DNA of 64,000 nucleotides, from NCBI RefSeq assembly GCF_963921235.1, contig NC_086097.1, positions 139,626,001 to 139,690,000 of the forward strand, in the 5' to 3' direction. Each line of letters begins with the position of its first letter. Position 1 is the first letter of the stretch. This document shows positions 11,301 through 23,159 of this stretch, piece after piece. The translations under genes were made by a program, and so were the position numbers. The stretch is from Mobula hypostoma. Taxonomy: Eukaryota. The notes under the pieces are model-generated. The model was given only the letters and a program-made list of their open reading frames with translations. It ran no database searches and was not told where the DNA came from.

Positions 11301-13160
11301 CAATGACACTCACTCATACTCCCTAACACTCACAGATCTCTGGCACACTGCTAGTGTCTTCCACAGTGAAGCGTGATGCAAAGTATTTATTTAGTTCATC
11401 TGCCATTTTTTGTCCCCCATTACTACCTCACCAGCATCATTTTCCAGAGGTCCAATATTAACTCACCTCCCTTTTAATCTTTATATAACTAAAAGCTTTT
11501 AGTATCTTGTTTTATATTATTGGCTAGTTTGCCCTCATATTTCATCTTTTCCCTTCTTATGGCTTTTTTGGCTGCCTTTTGTTGGATTTTAAAAACTTCC
11601 CAACCATCCAATTTCCCACTCACTTTTGCTACATTATATGCCCTTTCCTTGGCTTTTATGCAGTCTTTAACTTCCCTTGTCAGCCATGGTTGCCTACCCC
11701 TGCCATTTGAGAATAACTTCTGAGGGAGATGCCTATCCTGCGCTTAGTGAACTTTTCCCAGAAACTTCAGCCACCTCTGCTCAGACGTCATCCCCACCAG
11801 TATCCCCTCCAATCCACCTGGGCAAGCTCCTCTCTCAAACCTCTGTAAATCTCTTTATTCCATTGCGATACTGATACATCTGCTGTATGATTCTCCCCCT
11901 CAAATTGCGATATGAATTCAATCATATTATGATCACTGGCTCCTAAGGGTTCCTTTACCTTAAACTCCCAAATAAAATCTGGATTATTACAACACCCAAT
12001 CTAAGATAGATATTGAAGACCCCCCATTGCAATTATGTCATTACCCTTATTACATGCCATTTTTAGCTCCATTTGCAATCTGAACGCCACATCTTGGCTA
12101 CTATTTGGAAGTCTTTATATGATTCCCATAATCATTTCTTTATACTTGCAGTTAAACTCCACCCACAAAGATTCAACATTCTCTGATCCTATGTCACCTC
12201 TTTCTGGAGATGTAATTCCATCTCTTACCAATAGAGCCACACCACTGCATATGCCTTCCTGCCTGTCCTTTCGATAAAAAGTATATCCTTTGATGTTAAG
12301 CTCCCAACTATGACCCTCTTTGAGCCACGACTCAGTGATGCCTACGTCATACAGACCAGTGCCTAATCACAGCAGGAGTTCATCCACCTTATTCCAAATA
12401 CTATATCCATTTAAATACAACACCTTCAGTCCTACGTTCTTCGCCCTTTTGAATTTTACCTCTGTGGTACAGTTTATCTCCCTGCATTGTCTGCATTTGT
12501 AACCAATCATTGGCTTGTCCTTCCTTATATTCATATTACACCCATCATCTACTTAGAAACCTGCTGGCTCATCCTCAGCTGTATCATAATGGTTCCCATC
12601 TCCCTGCCATATTAGTTTAAATCACTCCCAACAGCTCTACCAAACATACCTGCAAGGATATTGGTCCCTTTTGTACAGGTCACACCTGCCCCAGAAGAGG
12701 TCCCAATGATGCAGAAATCTGAATCCCTGACTCCTGGCCAATTCTTCAGCTACACACTTATCTGTCACCTCATTCTATTCCTGTCTTCACTGTCATGTGG
12801 TACTGACAGCAATCCCAAGATTACTACCCTGGAGATCCTGCTTCTCGGCATCCTTCCTAACTCCCTGTATTCTGTTTTCAGGACCTCTTCCCTTTTTCAA
12901 CCTATGTCGTTGGTACCAATATCTACCACGACTTCCAGCCACTCACCCTCACTTTTCAGGATATTATGGACACATTCAGAAACATCACGGACCCTGGCAC
13001 CTGAAAGGCAAACTACATCCGTATTTCTTTTTCGCATCCACAGAATCATCTATCTGTCCCCCCAACTATAGAGTCCCCTGTTATTACTGCCATCCTCTTC
13101 AGTTCCCTACCCTTATGAGCCACAGGGCCAGATTCAGCACCAGAGGTACAGCTGCTGTTG
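8381..13160 (-). mobile_element. CR1 LINE, long and decayed (ORF1 SGNH-esterase region, ORF2 EN/RT, 3' tail), interrupted by a solo LTR
   Basis: KSTGPDGLHPRVLKEVAEEIADALVMIFQES, KCMKIHFGKRN and QRDLGVL. Colinear with the copy at 23160-26720. Confidence 0.9.
8554..9923 (-). mobile_element. Solo LTR (1370 bp) inserted in CR1
   Basis: Ends are TGTCACGTACCCC...GGGGTACATAACA (TG..CA, 11/13 inverted match). Flanks CCAG/CCAT are an imperfect 4-bp TSD. CR1 sequence is continuous across the insert. AATAAA lies on the minus strand near 8640. Confidence 0.8.
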
Positions 13161-13164
13161 CACA

Positions 13165-13500
13165 GAATGCAGTAAGCTCATTGGGAAGAGATGTGTTGTT
13201 GGTGCTTCAACCCAATTCTGTTTAATAGCCCAATACAACATGTAAGGTCTGCCACACATAAGGGCTGGTCTGGGTATCAATTTTGGACTGGTATTGTGTC
13301 TTGATATCTTTGATAACTTTACGGAGGTTGTATCTTGGTTTTTTTGTGGATGTCATTGTCACCTGATTTGAATGCTGCAGTAGGGAGTTGATCTCCTGGT
13401 TCATCCATGGTTTCCAATTTGGGAACAGCCAGATTCACCTCTTTGGTACACGGTCCATAGCACACTTACTGATAAAGTCTATAATGATGTCAGCTTACTC
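13165..13500 (-). mobile_element. Rex/Babar fragment (region upstream of RT)
   Basis: KPWMNQEINSLL...RYNLRKVIKDIKTQYQSKI. Confidence 0.6.
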
Positions 13501-13504
13501 ACCT

Positions 13505-14010
13505 TGGCTGGAGTTATTAATTTAGGTTTTGGTGAATTCAACCATGTCGCCATCAATTGGGCTGGTTTAGAAATGGTTGAGAGCTTTAAGTTCCTTGGCA
13601 TCCATGTCACCAGCAACCTCTCCTTGTCCCTCCAGAATGATGCAGTAGTCAGGAAAGCACATCAACATACATACATTCTTGGGTGCCTGAGAAGATTCCA
13701 AGGATTCCCAGATGCACTATAAAAAATGACCCAACAGGTTACATCACGGCAACTGCTTTGCTCTCATCATTGGAACCTAAACATAGCCCAGTCCGTCATA
13801 AGCTCATCACTCCTTTCTATCTTGTCCATCATCCTAGTGTGTTGCTCTTGGAAGACTAACAGCATCATCAAGATTCCCTGCCACCCTGGGCAATCCCTTT
13901 TCTCTCTTCTATCTCCTGGGAGAAGATACAATAGCTTGAAAGCTCAGACAATCAGACTCAAAAACAACTACAGTACTTCCTCACAGTTATCAGACTTCTA
14001 AACCAATCAA
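13505..14010 (+). mobile_element. Rex/Babar 3' fragment
   Basis: VESFKFLGIHVTSNLS, VVRKAHQH and HPGQSLFSLLSPGRRY. Confidence 0.7.
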
Positions 14011-14288
14011 CTCTTTCACAAACCCTTCCTGGTGGTGCTTGCACGCTCTCGAGCCCTTCACTCTACCTCTTCCGTTACTGTCACTTTAGCGTTTCTTTTT
14101 GCACTTTTAAATAGCATTACTATACTTCGTATGACCACACTTGTATAAAATCTGATTTATCTCTAATGCATTCCAGTTCTGAAGAAAGACATTGACTTGA
14201 ACTTCACTCAATTTCTCAGTGCACAGTCTCTGATTTACTGAGTTTACCCAGCAGTTTCTGACTTTATCATTCTTACCAATAGGATATG

Positions 14289-16473
14289 TGTTATGTTTGT
14301 AATTCATAGGAAGACAAGGGAGGCCAAAATGTGAGTCCAACTTTGTGTTTTACTTGGTGCGAGGTGAGCGTGTACCAAGTGGTATTTATACATATTCACG
14401 TATTTATACATATAACCCATAATGAATTATATAAACAAAGAATGATTAATGAAACAATATATTTACAAGTTTACTCAAACATTACTGAAATATTAAATAC
14501 ACCACATTCCTCCGTGGTTAGCTATGAACCCCAACTCAATAGAGAATGCATCTCAACTATATACACAGTGTACTACATAATACAACTACTACAGCATTTG
14601 TTGTTGTTCAGTCACTTAGTTGAGTCCGACTCTTCAAGACCTCATGGACCACAGGGTTTTCATGGCAAGATACAGAAATAGATTGCCAGGCCTTTCTTCT
14701 GCGCAGGTATCACTGCTGCCCAGGTTGGGACTCGGCTGGGTTTGAACTCAGGACTATTTGCTTTGAAATCCAATGCTGATGCCACCACACCACCAGGCGG
14801 CTCTACAGCATAGTGAATTTTAAATTGTCCCATTCTGCCTAAAAATTTAATTGCTGTGGGGGCTTTCTTACTCTTGTGGGACAAATTCTTTCCTTCCAAG
14901 GGGTTCACTCTGCTTGGCAGGTGAGAACTGTGGCTGTGAAACCATCTCAGGTTCTGGAGTCTCCTCCTTGGTGGTTGTAGGAGTTGACTCTGGGCCTGCA
15001 GGAACTGATTCTGATCGTAGTAGCCAACTTTCTTCTCTAACAATTGACTTTGCTCTCCTCAACTGATCAATGTGTTGTCTCCAGATAATATCAAACACTA
15101 TCTCCAACGTGTAGGAGAGTGGTCCAGTTCTGTCCTTTATCTTTTGAGTACCCACTTTTGATCACCTTTGTAGTCTCTTGCCAGGATCGTTTGCCCAGGA
15201 GTGAAACATCGAGCCTCCTTGTTTGAGGAACCTTCAATTTGCCTCAGATGTTTGCCTTACATATTCCTTCGGAGATTGAGTTTGGGGAGATGCAAGCATG
15301 AGTGCAAGGGATGACCCAGGAACACCATAACTGGTGAGTTGTTGGTTGTGGAATGTGTAGCATTACAATATGCGAGGAGAACATTAGCAAGCTTCTGGAT
15401 CAGTGTTAGTGTAGTCTGCCCTGCTGACATTGACAGCAGTGGGTTCTTTAGGCTGTGGACAAACCTCTGTCATTGGGTGGTAGGGTGCAGATGTAATGTC
15501 TTATTCCATTCACTTTTAGGAATGACTGAAACTGTTCCCCAACAAACTATGGCCCATTATCAGTGACTAAGTGTTCTGGAACACCAGTCCTTGAGAAGAG
15601 GCTTTTCAACACATCAACCGTGTGCAAGGCTGTAGTGAAGGCTATTGGGAACACTTCTGACCACTTTGTAGCTGCATCCACTACTACCAAGAAATTTGTG
15701 CCCATGTATGGTCCGGCAAAATCCACATGAATCCTTTGCCATGGCAATGCAGGCCATTCCGAAGGAGGGAGAGTCGCTGTTCTTGGCATCTTCTGGACAT
15801 GCTGGCATCTCATACAGTGCATGACAAGCTGCTCGATCTGCTGATCCATCCCAGGCCACCAGACAAAGCTTCGAGCCAATGCTTTTATTTTCATTATACC
15901 TAGATGACTGGCACAGAGCACCTCTAACACTTTAGCTCTCGGCTTGGATGGTACAACTCTCAATCCCCATCAAGAGCAAGTTCATCCCAGTGCTGTTAGA
16001 AATGGGGGAACTGGAGTTTCTGTTGTACATTCCAGCTATTTTTGGTGGCCATGTAGACCTAAGACAGTGTGGGGACTTTTCTGGTTTCCATTTGGATTGT
16101 CTCTTCCACAAGAGGGAGACTTTTGATTTGCGTTTGGGAGAATACATCAAGAGGAGTGTCTTTTTTAGTAAATTCCTTTGGTTCTTCTTTTCCAAGGGTA
16201 AACAGGATAATCCTCTCCCATTCTTGCACAATATTATGTTTTGTAACTTCAAAACGTTAAACTAATTCAAAGGAAGAGACAGGACTCCAAAATATGACTC
16301 CAACCGTGTTTTAATTTAAGTGAGGCACGCATGTATCACATGGTAGTGTGATGATGTATGCAATTCATGTATTTTTACATATAGCCATAATGAATTATAT
16401 AAACAACAAAGAATGCTTAACCAAACAATATATCTACAAGATTACTCAAATATTAAATTATTAAAAACACAAC
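14289..16473 (-). mobile_element. Internally deleted Ty3/Gypsy LTR retrotransposon (integrase region retained)
   Basis: Related LTRs at 14289-14504 and 16232-16473, with flanking TATG at 14285-14288 and 16474-16477. Integrase: HLGIMKIKALARSFVWWPGMD..C..C, PWQRIHVDFAGP, VTDNGP. A purine-rich PPT-like tract adjoins the 3' LTR. Confidence 0.85.
14598..14802 (-). mobile_element. tRNA-derived SINE with BovB/RTE-type 3' tail
   Basis: 9-bp TSD CTACAGCAT (14589-14597 and 14803-14811). A box TGGTGTGGTGG, B box GAGTTCAAACCC, tail GTCCATGAGGTCTTGAAGAGTCGGACTCAACTAAGTGACTGAA(CAA)n. Confidence 0.75.
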
Positions 16474-17067
16474 TATGTGTCTTGCCAAACTCCTTTCTAT
16501 AAAACTTTGAAAGTCAACAGAGCATGGAAACATTTTCCTCTCATCAGCATGTGATATGGCGTATTTGTGAAGTGAAGGAGCAGTGTGCATTGATCATGGA
16601 AACTTCAAAACCATGACAACAACATTACAGAATGGGACAGAAAGGGCAAGCATTCATGCAGGAATGATGGACTGTTTAGCCTTATGCACTGATTTGGATG
16701 TTTCCACTTATTAACTGTGATTCTATTAATCGACCAATGGCATTTTATTGAAGGAACATTCAATCAGTATGCAATAGAGAAACTGCTATCTTTGGAATCT
16801 GGAGTCAGAAATGAGCATTGGATCTACAGTCCTCTGGCTTAGAGACAAGCCATAGTTGACACAAGTATAGGGGATAGCAACAATGAGGATCAATCGCTGG
16901 TAAACCCCACTATTATTTTGATCTTCAGAAAAGCTCTCCAATTTGGTGTTTGCATGTTATTTTCCCAAACATTGTACTCTTTGAAAAACTGTGCCTTTTG
17001 ACCTGATCTTCCGTGAGCACCAGCACAATAATGCTCTTCGTTATGCAATTTACTTTTCTCTATTTAG

Positions 17068-17640
17068 TGCTATAAGTCCATAAGACCAGAAACATAGGAG
17101 TAGAATTAGGCTATTCAGCCCATCACGTCTGCTCTGCCATTCAATCATGGCTGATTTTTCCTCTCAATCCCATTCTTCTGCCTTCTGCTCATAACCCTTG
17201 ACACCCTTACTAATCAAGAACCTATCAACCTCCGCTTTAAATATACTCTACAACTTGTCTTCCACAACTGTCTGTGGTAATGAATTCCAAAGATTCACCA
17301 CTCAATGGCTGAAGGAATTTCTCTTCATCTCTGCTCTAAAGGGATGTCCTTGTATTCTGAGGCTGTGCCCCCCGATCCTAGATTTCCCTGCTATTGGTAA
17401 CATCCTCTTCATGTCCACTCTATCTAGGCCTTTCAATATTCAATAGATTTCAATGAATGAGATGACATCTCAGTCTTTCACACAGGCCCATAGCCAATCA
17501 TTGCTCCTCATATATTAACCCTTTCATTCCCAGGACCTTTCTTATGAATCTCCTCTGGACCGTCTCCAATGCCAGCACATCTTTTTTCAGATAAAACTGC
17601 TCACAATACTCCAAGTGCAGTCTGACCAATACCTTATAAA
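17068..17640 (-). mobile_element. CR1 3' end; continues at about 20213-20275 after a nested insertion
   Basis: Begins with the reverse CR1 tail (cataagaccagaaacataggagtagaattaggc). Antisense to the CR1 ORF2 C-terminus. Confidence 0.8.
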
Positions 17641-20212
17641 GGACGTTGATGTCAATTATAGACAGGCCTCCCAACAGTGACTGGGAGGTGGATCGCAGGT
17701 TACAACAGGAAATAGAAAAGGCGAGTCAAAAGGGCAATGTTATTGTAGTCATGGGAAATTTCAACATACAGGTCGATTGGGAAAATCAGGTTGGTAATGG
17801 AGCTCAAGAGATTGAGTTTGTTGTATACCTAAGAGATAGCTTTTTAGAGCAGTTTGTCATTGAGCCTACTAGGGGATCAGCTATACTGGATTGGGTGTTA
17901 TGTGAAAAACCAGAGTCGATTAGGGAGCTTAAGGTCAAGCGACTCTTGGGAATCAATGATCACAATATGATTGTGTTCAACTTGAAATTTAATAGGGAGA
18001 AAGTAAAGTCTGATGCAGCAGTATTTCAGTGGAGTAAGGGAAATCACAGTGATTTGACAGAGGAGTTGGCCAAAGTAAATTGGAAGGACCTGCTGGCAGG
18101 GGTGTCAGCAGAGCAGCAATGGCGTGCATTTCTAGGGAAAAATGAGGAAGGTGCAGGACATGTGTGTTCAAAAAATGAAGAAATACTCAAATGGTAAAAT
18201 AGTACAACCGTGGCTGACAAGGGAAGTCAAAGCTAATGTAAGAACAAAAGAAAGGGCATACAACAAAGCAAAAATTAGTAGGAAGATAGAGGATTGGGAA
18301 GTTTTTAAAAGCCTACAGAGAGCAACTAAAAAAATCATTAGAAGGGAAAAGATGAAATATGAAAGCAAGTGAGCAAATAATAGCAAAGTGGATAGTAAAA
18401 GTTTTTCAAGTATGTTAAAAATAAAAGAGAAATTGGAGTGGATATAGGACCGCTAGAAAATGAGGCAGGAGAAATAATAACGGGGGTCAAGGAAAAGTCT
18501 GATGAACTAAATGAGTATTTTGCGTCAGTCTTCACAGTGGAAGACACTAGCAATATGCCTGATGTTGTAGTGTGTGAAGGAAGAGAAATGGGTGTGGTTA
18601 CTGTTACAAGAGAGAAGGTGCTTAAAAAGCTGAAAGACCTAAAGGTACACAAGTCACCCAGACCAGAGGAAATGGTGGCGTTAGAGATTGTGGTGGCATT
18701 AGAAATGATCTTTCAAAAATCATTGGACTCTGGCATGGTGCCAAAGGACTGGAAATTGCATTCTTCCACTCTTTAAGAAAGGAGGAAGGCAGCAGAAAGG
18801 AAATTATAGACCAGTTAGCCTGACTTCAGTGGTTGGGAAGATGTTGGAGTCAATTGTTAAGGATGAGGTGATGGAGTACTTGGTGACACAGGACAAGATA
18901 GTACAAAGTCAGCATGGTTTCCTTCAGGGAAAATCTTGCCTGACGAACCTGTTGGAATTCTTTGAGGAGATCACAAGTAGGATAGATAAAGGGGATGAAG
19001 TGGATATTGTATATTTGGACTTTCAGAAGGTCTTTGACAAGATGCCACACATGAGGCTGCTTACCAAGTTAAGAGCCCATGGTATTACAAGAAAGTTGCT
19101 AACACGGTTACAGCATATGGCTGATTGGTAGGAGGCAGCGAGTGGGAGTAAAAGGATCCTTTTCTGGTTGGCTGCCAGTGACTAGTGGTGTTCCGCGGGA
19201 GTCGGTGTTGGGACCACTTCTTTTTATGCTGTATATAAATGATTTCGAAGATGGAATAGATGGCTTTGTTGCCAAGTTTACAGATGACATGAAGATTGGT
19301 GGGGGGGCAGGTAGTGTTGAGGAAACAGGTAGGATGCAGAAGGATTTGGACAGATTAGGAGAATGGGCAAGAAAGTGGCAAATGAAATACATTCTTGAAA
19401 AATGTATGGTCATGCACTTTGGTAGTAGAAATAAATGTGCAAACTATTTTCTAAATGGGGAGAAAATCCAAAAATCTGAGATGCAAAGGGACTTGGGTAG
19501 AACACCCTAAAGGTTAACTTGCAGGTAGAGTCGGTGGTGAGGAAGAGGAAGGCAAATGCCATGTTAGCATTCATTTCAAGAGGTCTAGAATACAAAAGCA
19601 AGGATGTGATGCTGAGGCTTTATAAGGCACTGGTGAGGCCTCACCTTGAGTATTGTGAACAGTTTTGGACGCCTTATCTTAGAAAGGATGTGCTGGCATT
19701 GGAAAGAGTCCAGAGGAGGTTCAGAAGGATGATTCCAAGAATAAAAGGGTTATCATATGAAGAGTGTTTGATGGCTCTGGGTCTATACTCCCTGGAATTC
19801 AGAAGGACGAGGGGGGATCTCATTGAAACCTTTCAAATGTTGAAAGGCCGAGACAGAGTAGATGTGGAAAGGATGTTTCCCATAGTGTGAGTCAAGGACA
19901 AGATGGCAGAGCCTCAGGATAGAGAGGCGCCCTTTCAAAACAGAGATGCGGAGAAAATTCTTCAGCCAAAGGGTGGTGAATTTATGGAATTCGTTGCCAC
20001 ATGCAGCTGTGGAGGCCAGGTTGTTGGATGTTTTTAAGGCAGAGATTGATAGGTTCTTGATTGGACATGACATCAAAGGTTACGGGGAGAAGGCCGGGAA
20101 CTGGGGTTGAGGAGGAGATAGAAAAAAAAGAATCAGCCATGATTGAATGGCAGAGCAGACTCAATGTGCCAGATGGCCTAATTCTGCTCCTATGTCTTAT
20201 GGCCTTATGGTA
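17641..20212 (+). mobile_element. CR1 LINE, 5'-truncated and relatively young (EN C-terminus, RT, 3' tail)
   Basis: SQHGFLQGKSCLTNLLEFFE, VYLDFQKVFDK, VLGPLLFMLYIND, KFTDDMKIGG and LYKALVRPHLEYC. Tail of (CTTATGG)-type repeats. TSD TTATAAA at 17634-17640 and 20213-20219. Confidence 0.92.
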
Positions 20213-21679
20213 TTATAAAACCTCAGCATCACATCCTTGCTTTTATGTTCTAGTCCTCTCAAAATGAATGCATTTGTAGTGGTCAAAAAGAACTAGCCAT
20301 ATACTTGAAAATAAATATGAAACAATTGAAATCATGAAAGCTTGAACGGGTTGGAAGTGGAGAAGATTATTTCCTCCTGTGGGAGAACCTAGAACGAGAC
20401 GTCATTATTAAAAATAAAGGGTTGCCCAAAGAAACTACTGAAGTATAGAAGTATAATATGTTACTAGAAGTCTACACACAAACAGGTGACTATACAAACA
20501 TATAAATAAGCATAATGAAAGCTAAAACTACAAGGATAAACACAAGAAAAACAATCTGGATTTTAATCTAACATTACCTTTCCAAGTGACAATAACTCCT
20601 ACCTCTCTCCCTCCCCCAAGATTTTTTTTTGCAATAGTTGCCCTTCTATTGATATCAGGCTCATCGGCCTGTAATTTTCCTGCTTATTCCCACTGCCCTT
20701 CTTAAATGGGGAAAAAGCATTATCTACCCTCCAGCTTTCCAGTAGCTAATCCATGACTAAATATAGTGCAAACATTTCTGTAAGATGCCTACAATTTCCT
20801 CCTTTGCTTCTCATAGCAGGCTAGGTTAGGCTTCATTAGGCCCTCAGGATTTGTCCACCTTAATACGTGTCAACATCTCTGACATTTCTGCTTTTTGGAT
20901 ACATACATGTTCCAGATGATCAGTGTACTCCTCCCCATCCTTCTTCCAGGTGAATACCGACAGGAAGTGTTCATTCAGGGCAGGACATGTATCTACAGGC
21001 TACAGTCAAAGACCTCCATTACCACAGGTATCTGAAGTTGAGGTTATACAAGCGAGTGTGACTAGTTGAATAGCTTACTCCTCCTAATTTATAAATAATT
21101 GGCAGCATTATTGGGAGAGGTAGGGGGAATGGGATTAGCTTATACGACACTGACGAAGTGACCTCTTTCTATGCAGTAACCATTCCCGTGATTCTGCAGG
21201 GCAGTATATTCACCATATCTCTTTTCATGACTTGAGCAGGCATCTGACTGGAGCTGGAGAACTCATCAATAAGTGTCGTGGGGAGCGTCAACATGGGACA
21301 TCGTGTTCTATGCCATCTGGAGATTGAAACTTCAAAGTGAGGTGTGATCCTGGTACATGCCCACTGTGGAATGAGTTAAGTCTAAAGAGCCAAGTGTAAC
21401 TAAACTGCAGATGCTGGAAATCTCAAATTAAAAACAATGATGCTGGTAATACTCAGTAGTATCTGTGGAAGGACAGAGAGTTGATAGTTCATATCTAAAA
21501 TTCAGATCTCCTTTCTTGCCCATCAGTTTTGACTGTCGTGTATGCCTCCTCTCCAGATAACTTTGCACATAAGTGAAGAATCGGTGTAGTTGCATCCAGC
21601 TGTAAATGGCTCTAGGATCAAACTGAATCTCTGGCCTGCGTTGAATTGATGATACTCCCTGGGGTAAACATTAAAGTGC

Positions 21680-22350
21680 AAATATCATCAAGTGTTGTTG
21701 GCCAAATCAAAGATGGTGATGAATCAGTATCTAGGACGGAGATTGAAAATCTGTTTGAATGGTGCCATAACAACAATCTCTCACTCAACATCAGCAAACC
21801 AAAGAGCTGATTATTGTCTATAGGAGGAAGAAACCAGAGGTCCAAGAGGCAGTACTCATCAGGGGATTGGAGGTGGGGGTAGGTCAGTAATTTTAAATTC
21901 CTTGGTGTTATCATGTCAGAGGACCAACACAACAACAATGTCCCTACTCTTCTAGAAGTTTGCGCAGATTTGGCCTTTTATCTAAAAATTTGACAAATTT
22001 CTATAGATGTACAGTGGAGAGTGTTCTGACTGGTTACATCATGGTCTGGTATGGAAACACCAATGACCATGAATAGAAAAACCTACAAGAAGTGGTGGAC
22101 ACAGCCCAGTCAATCACAGGTGAAGCCCTCCCCAATATTGAGCATATCAACAAGGAGTGCTGCCACAAGAAAGCAGAATTTCTCATCAAGGACATCTGTC
22201 ATCCAGACCATGCTCTCTTCTCACTGCTGCCATCGGGAAAGAGGTATATGAGCTTTATGTCCTACAAACCAGCTTAGAAACAGTTATTACTCTTCAACCA
22301 TCAGACTCCTGAACCAGTTTGGATAACTTCACTCACATCAACTGAACTGA
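21680..22350 (+). mobile_element. Rex/Babar 3' fragment
   Basis: VDTAQSITGEALPNIEHI...HPDHALFSLLPSGKRY. Confidence 0.75.
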
Positions 22351-22359
22351 TTGCATAAC

Positions 22360-22680
22360 CTTCAGGAATGGAAAGGTAGTGGAAGATGTCAGAGTTAAAA
22401 GGTAGGAGGTGAGGAAGGAGGATTACAGGAAGATAATAGGTGAAGCCAGGTGGGTAGGAAAGGTCAAGTGCTGGAGAGGAAGGGAGAGCAGAGTGGACCA
22501 TAGGAGAAAGGGAGAGAGGAGGGGCACCAGTGGGAGGTGATAGGCAGCTGAGAAGAGGTAAGAGGATAGAGTGCGGAATAGAAGAAGAGGGGAGATGGAG
22601 GGATTTTTTTACTGGAAGGAAAAATCAATATTCATGCCATCAGGTTGGAGGCTACCCAACCTGATGGCATTAATAGATTT
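22360..22680 (-). mobile_element. Penelope-like element 3' fragment
   Basis: The minus strand encodes GSLQPDGMNIDF (end of the GIY-YIG region), followed by a pyrimidine-rich UTR. Confidence 0.6.
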
Positions 22681-23159
22681 GTTTATATTTTTCTTCTAAA
22701 GTAATTTAACCTTGTTGCTCTGGTAATATTCCAGGTGACAGCTAGAGAATGATCAAGCTGCACCATCCTTAAACCTTAATCCTGAATCAGTATCTGTCTG
22801 CTTTGTATTTTCAACTCATGTCTAAGGGATGCAGCAATCATGGTGAATAGTCTCATGGTACCAAAATTGTCAAATATAATTTTTTCTGGAACTCCACACC
22901 AGGCAGTTTCTGAAGACATTCTAAGAAGCTGTGTCTTAATAAGACCATATTTTGATCCTGCATTTTCGAATTACCAGGCGACACTGACAGAGCGCCTCTC
23001 CAGTGAATTGAAACATTTTGTTGCTAAGTAGCATGAAAGATACATTGTGTCATAATTAGGGGAGATTTTTGGTATCTCAGTCACTGCTGTAGAGATCTGA
23101 CTGTGTCACTTCATCACATCAACCAGTTAAATATTCCGCTCAACTCTTTCTCTGTGAAG

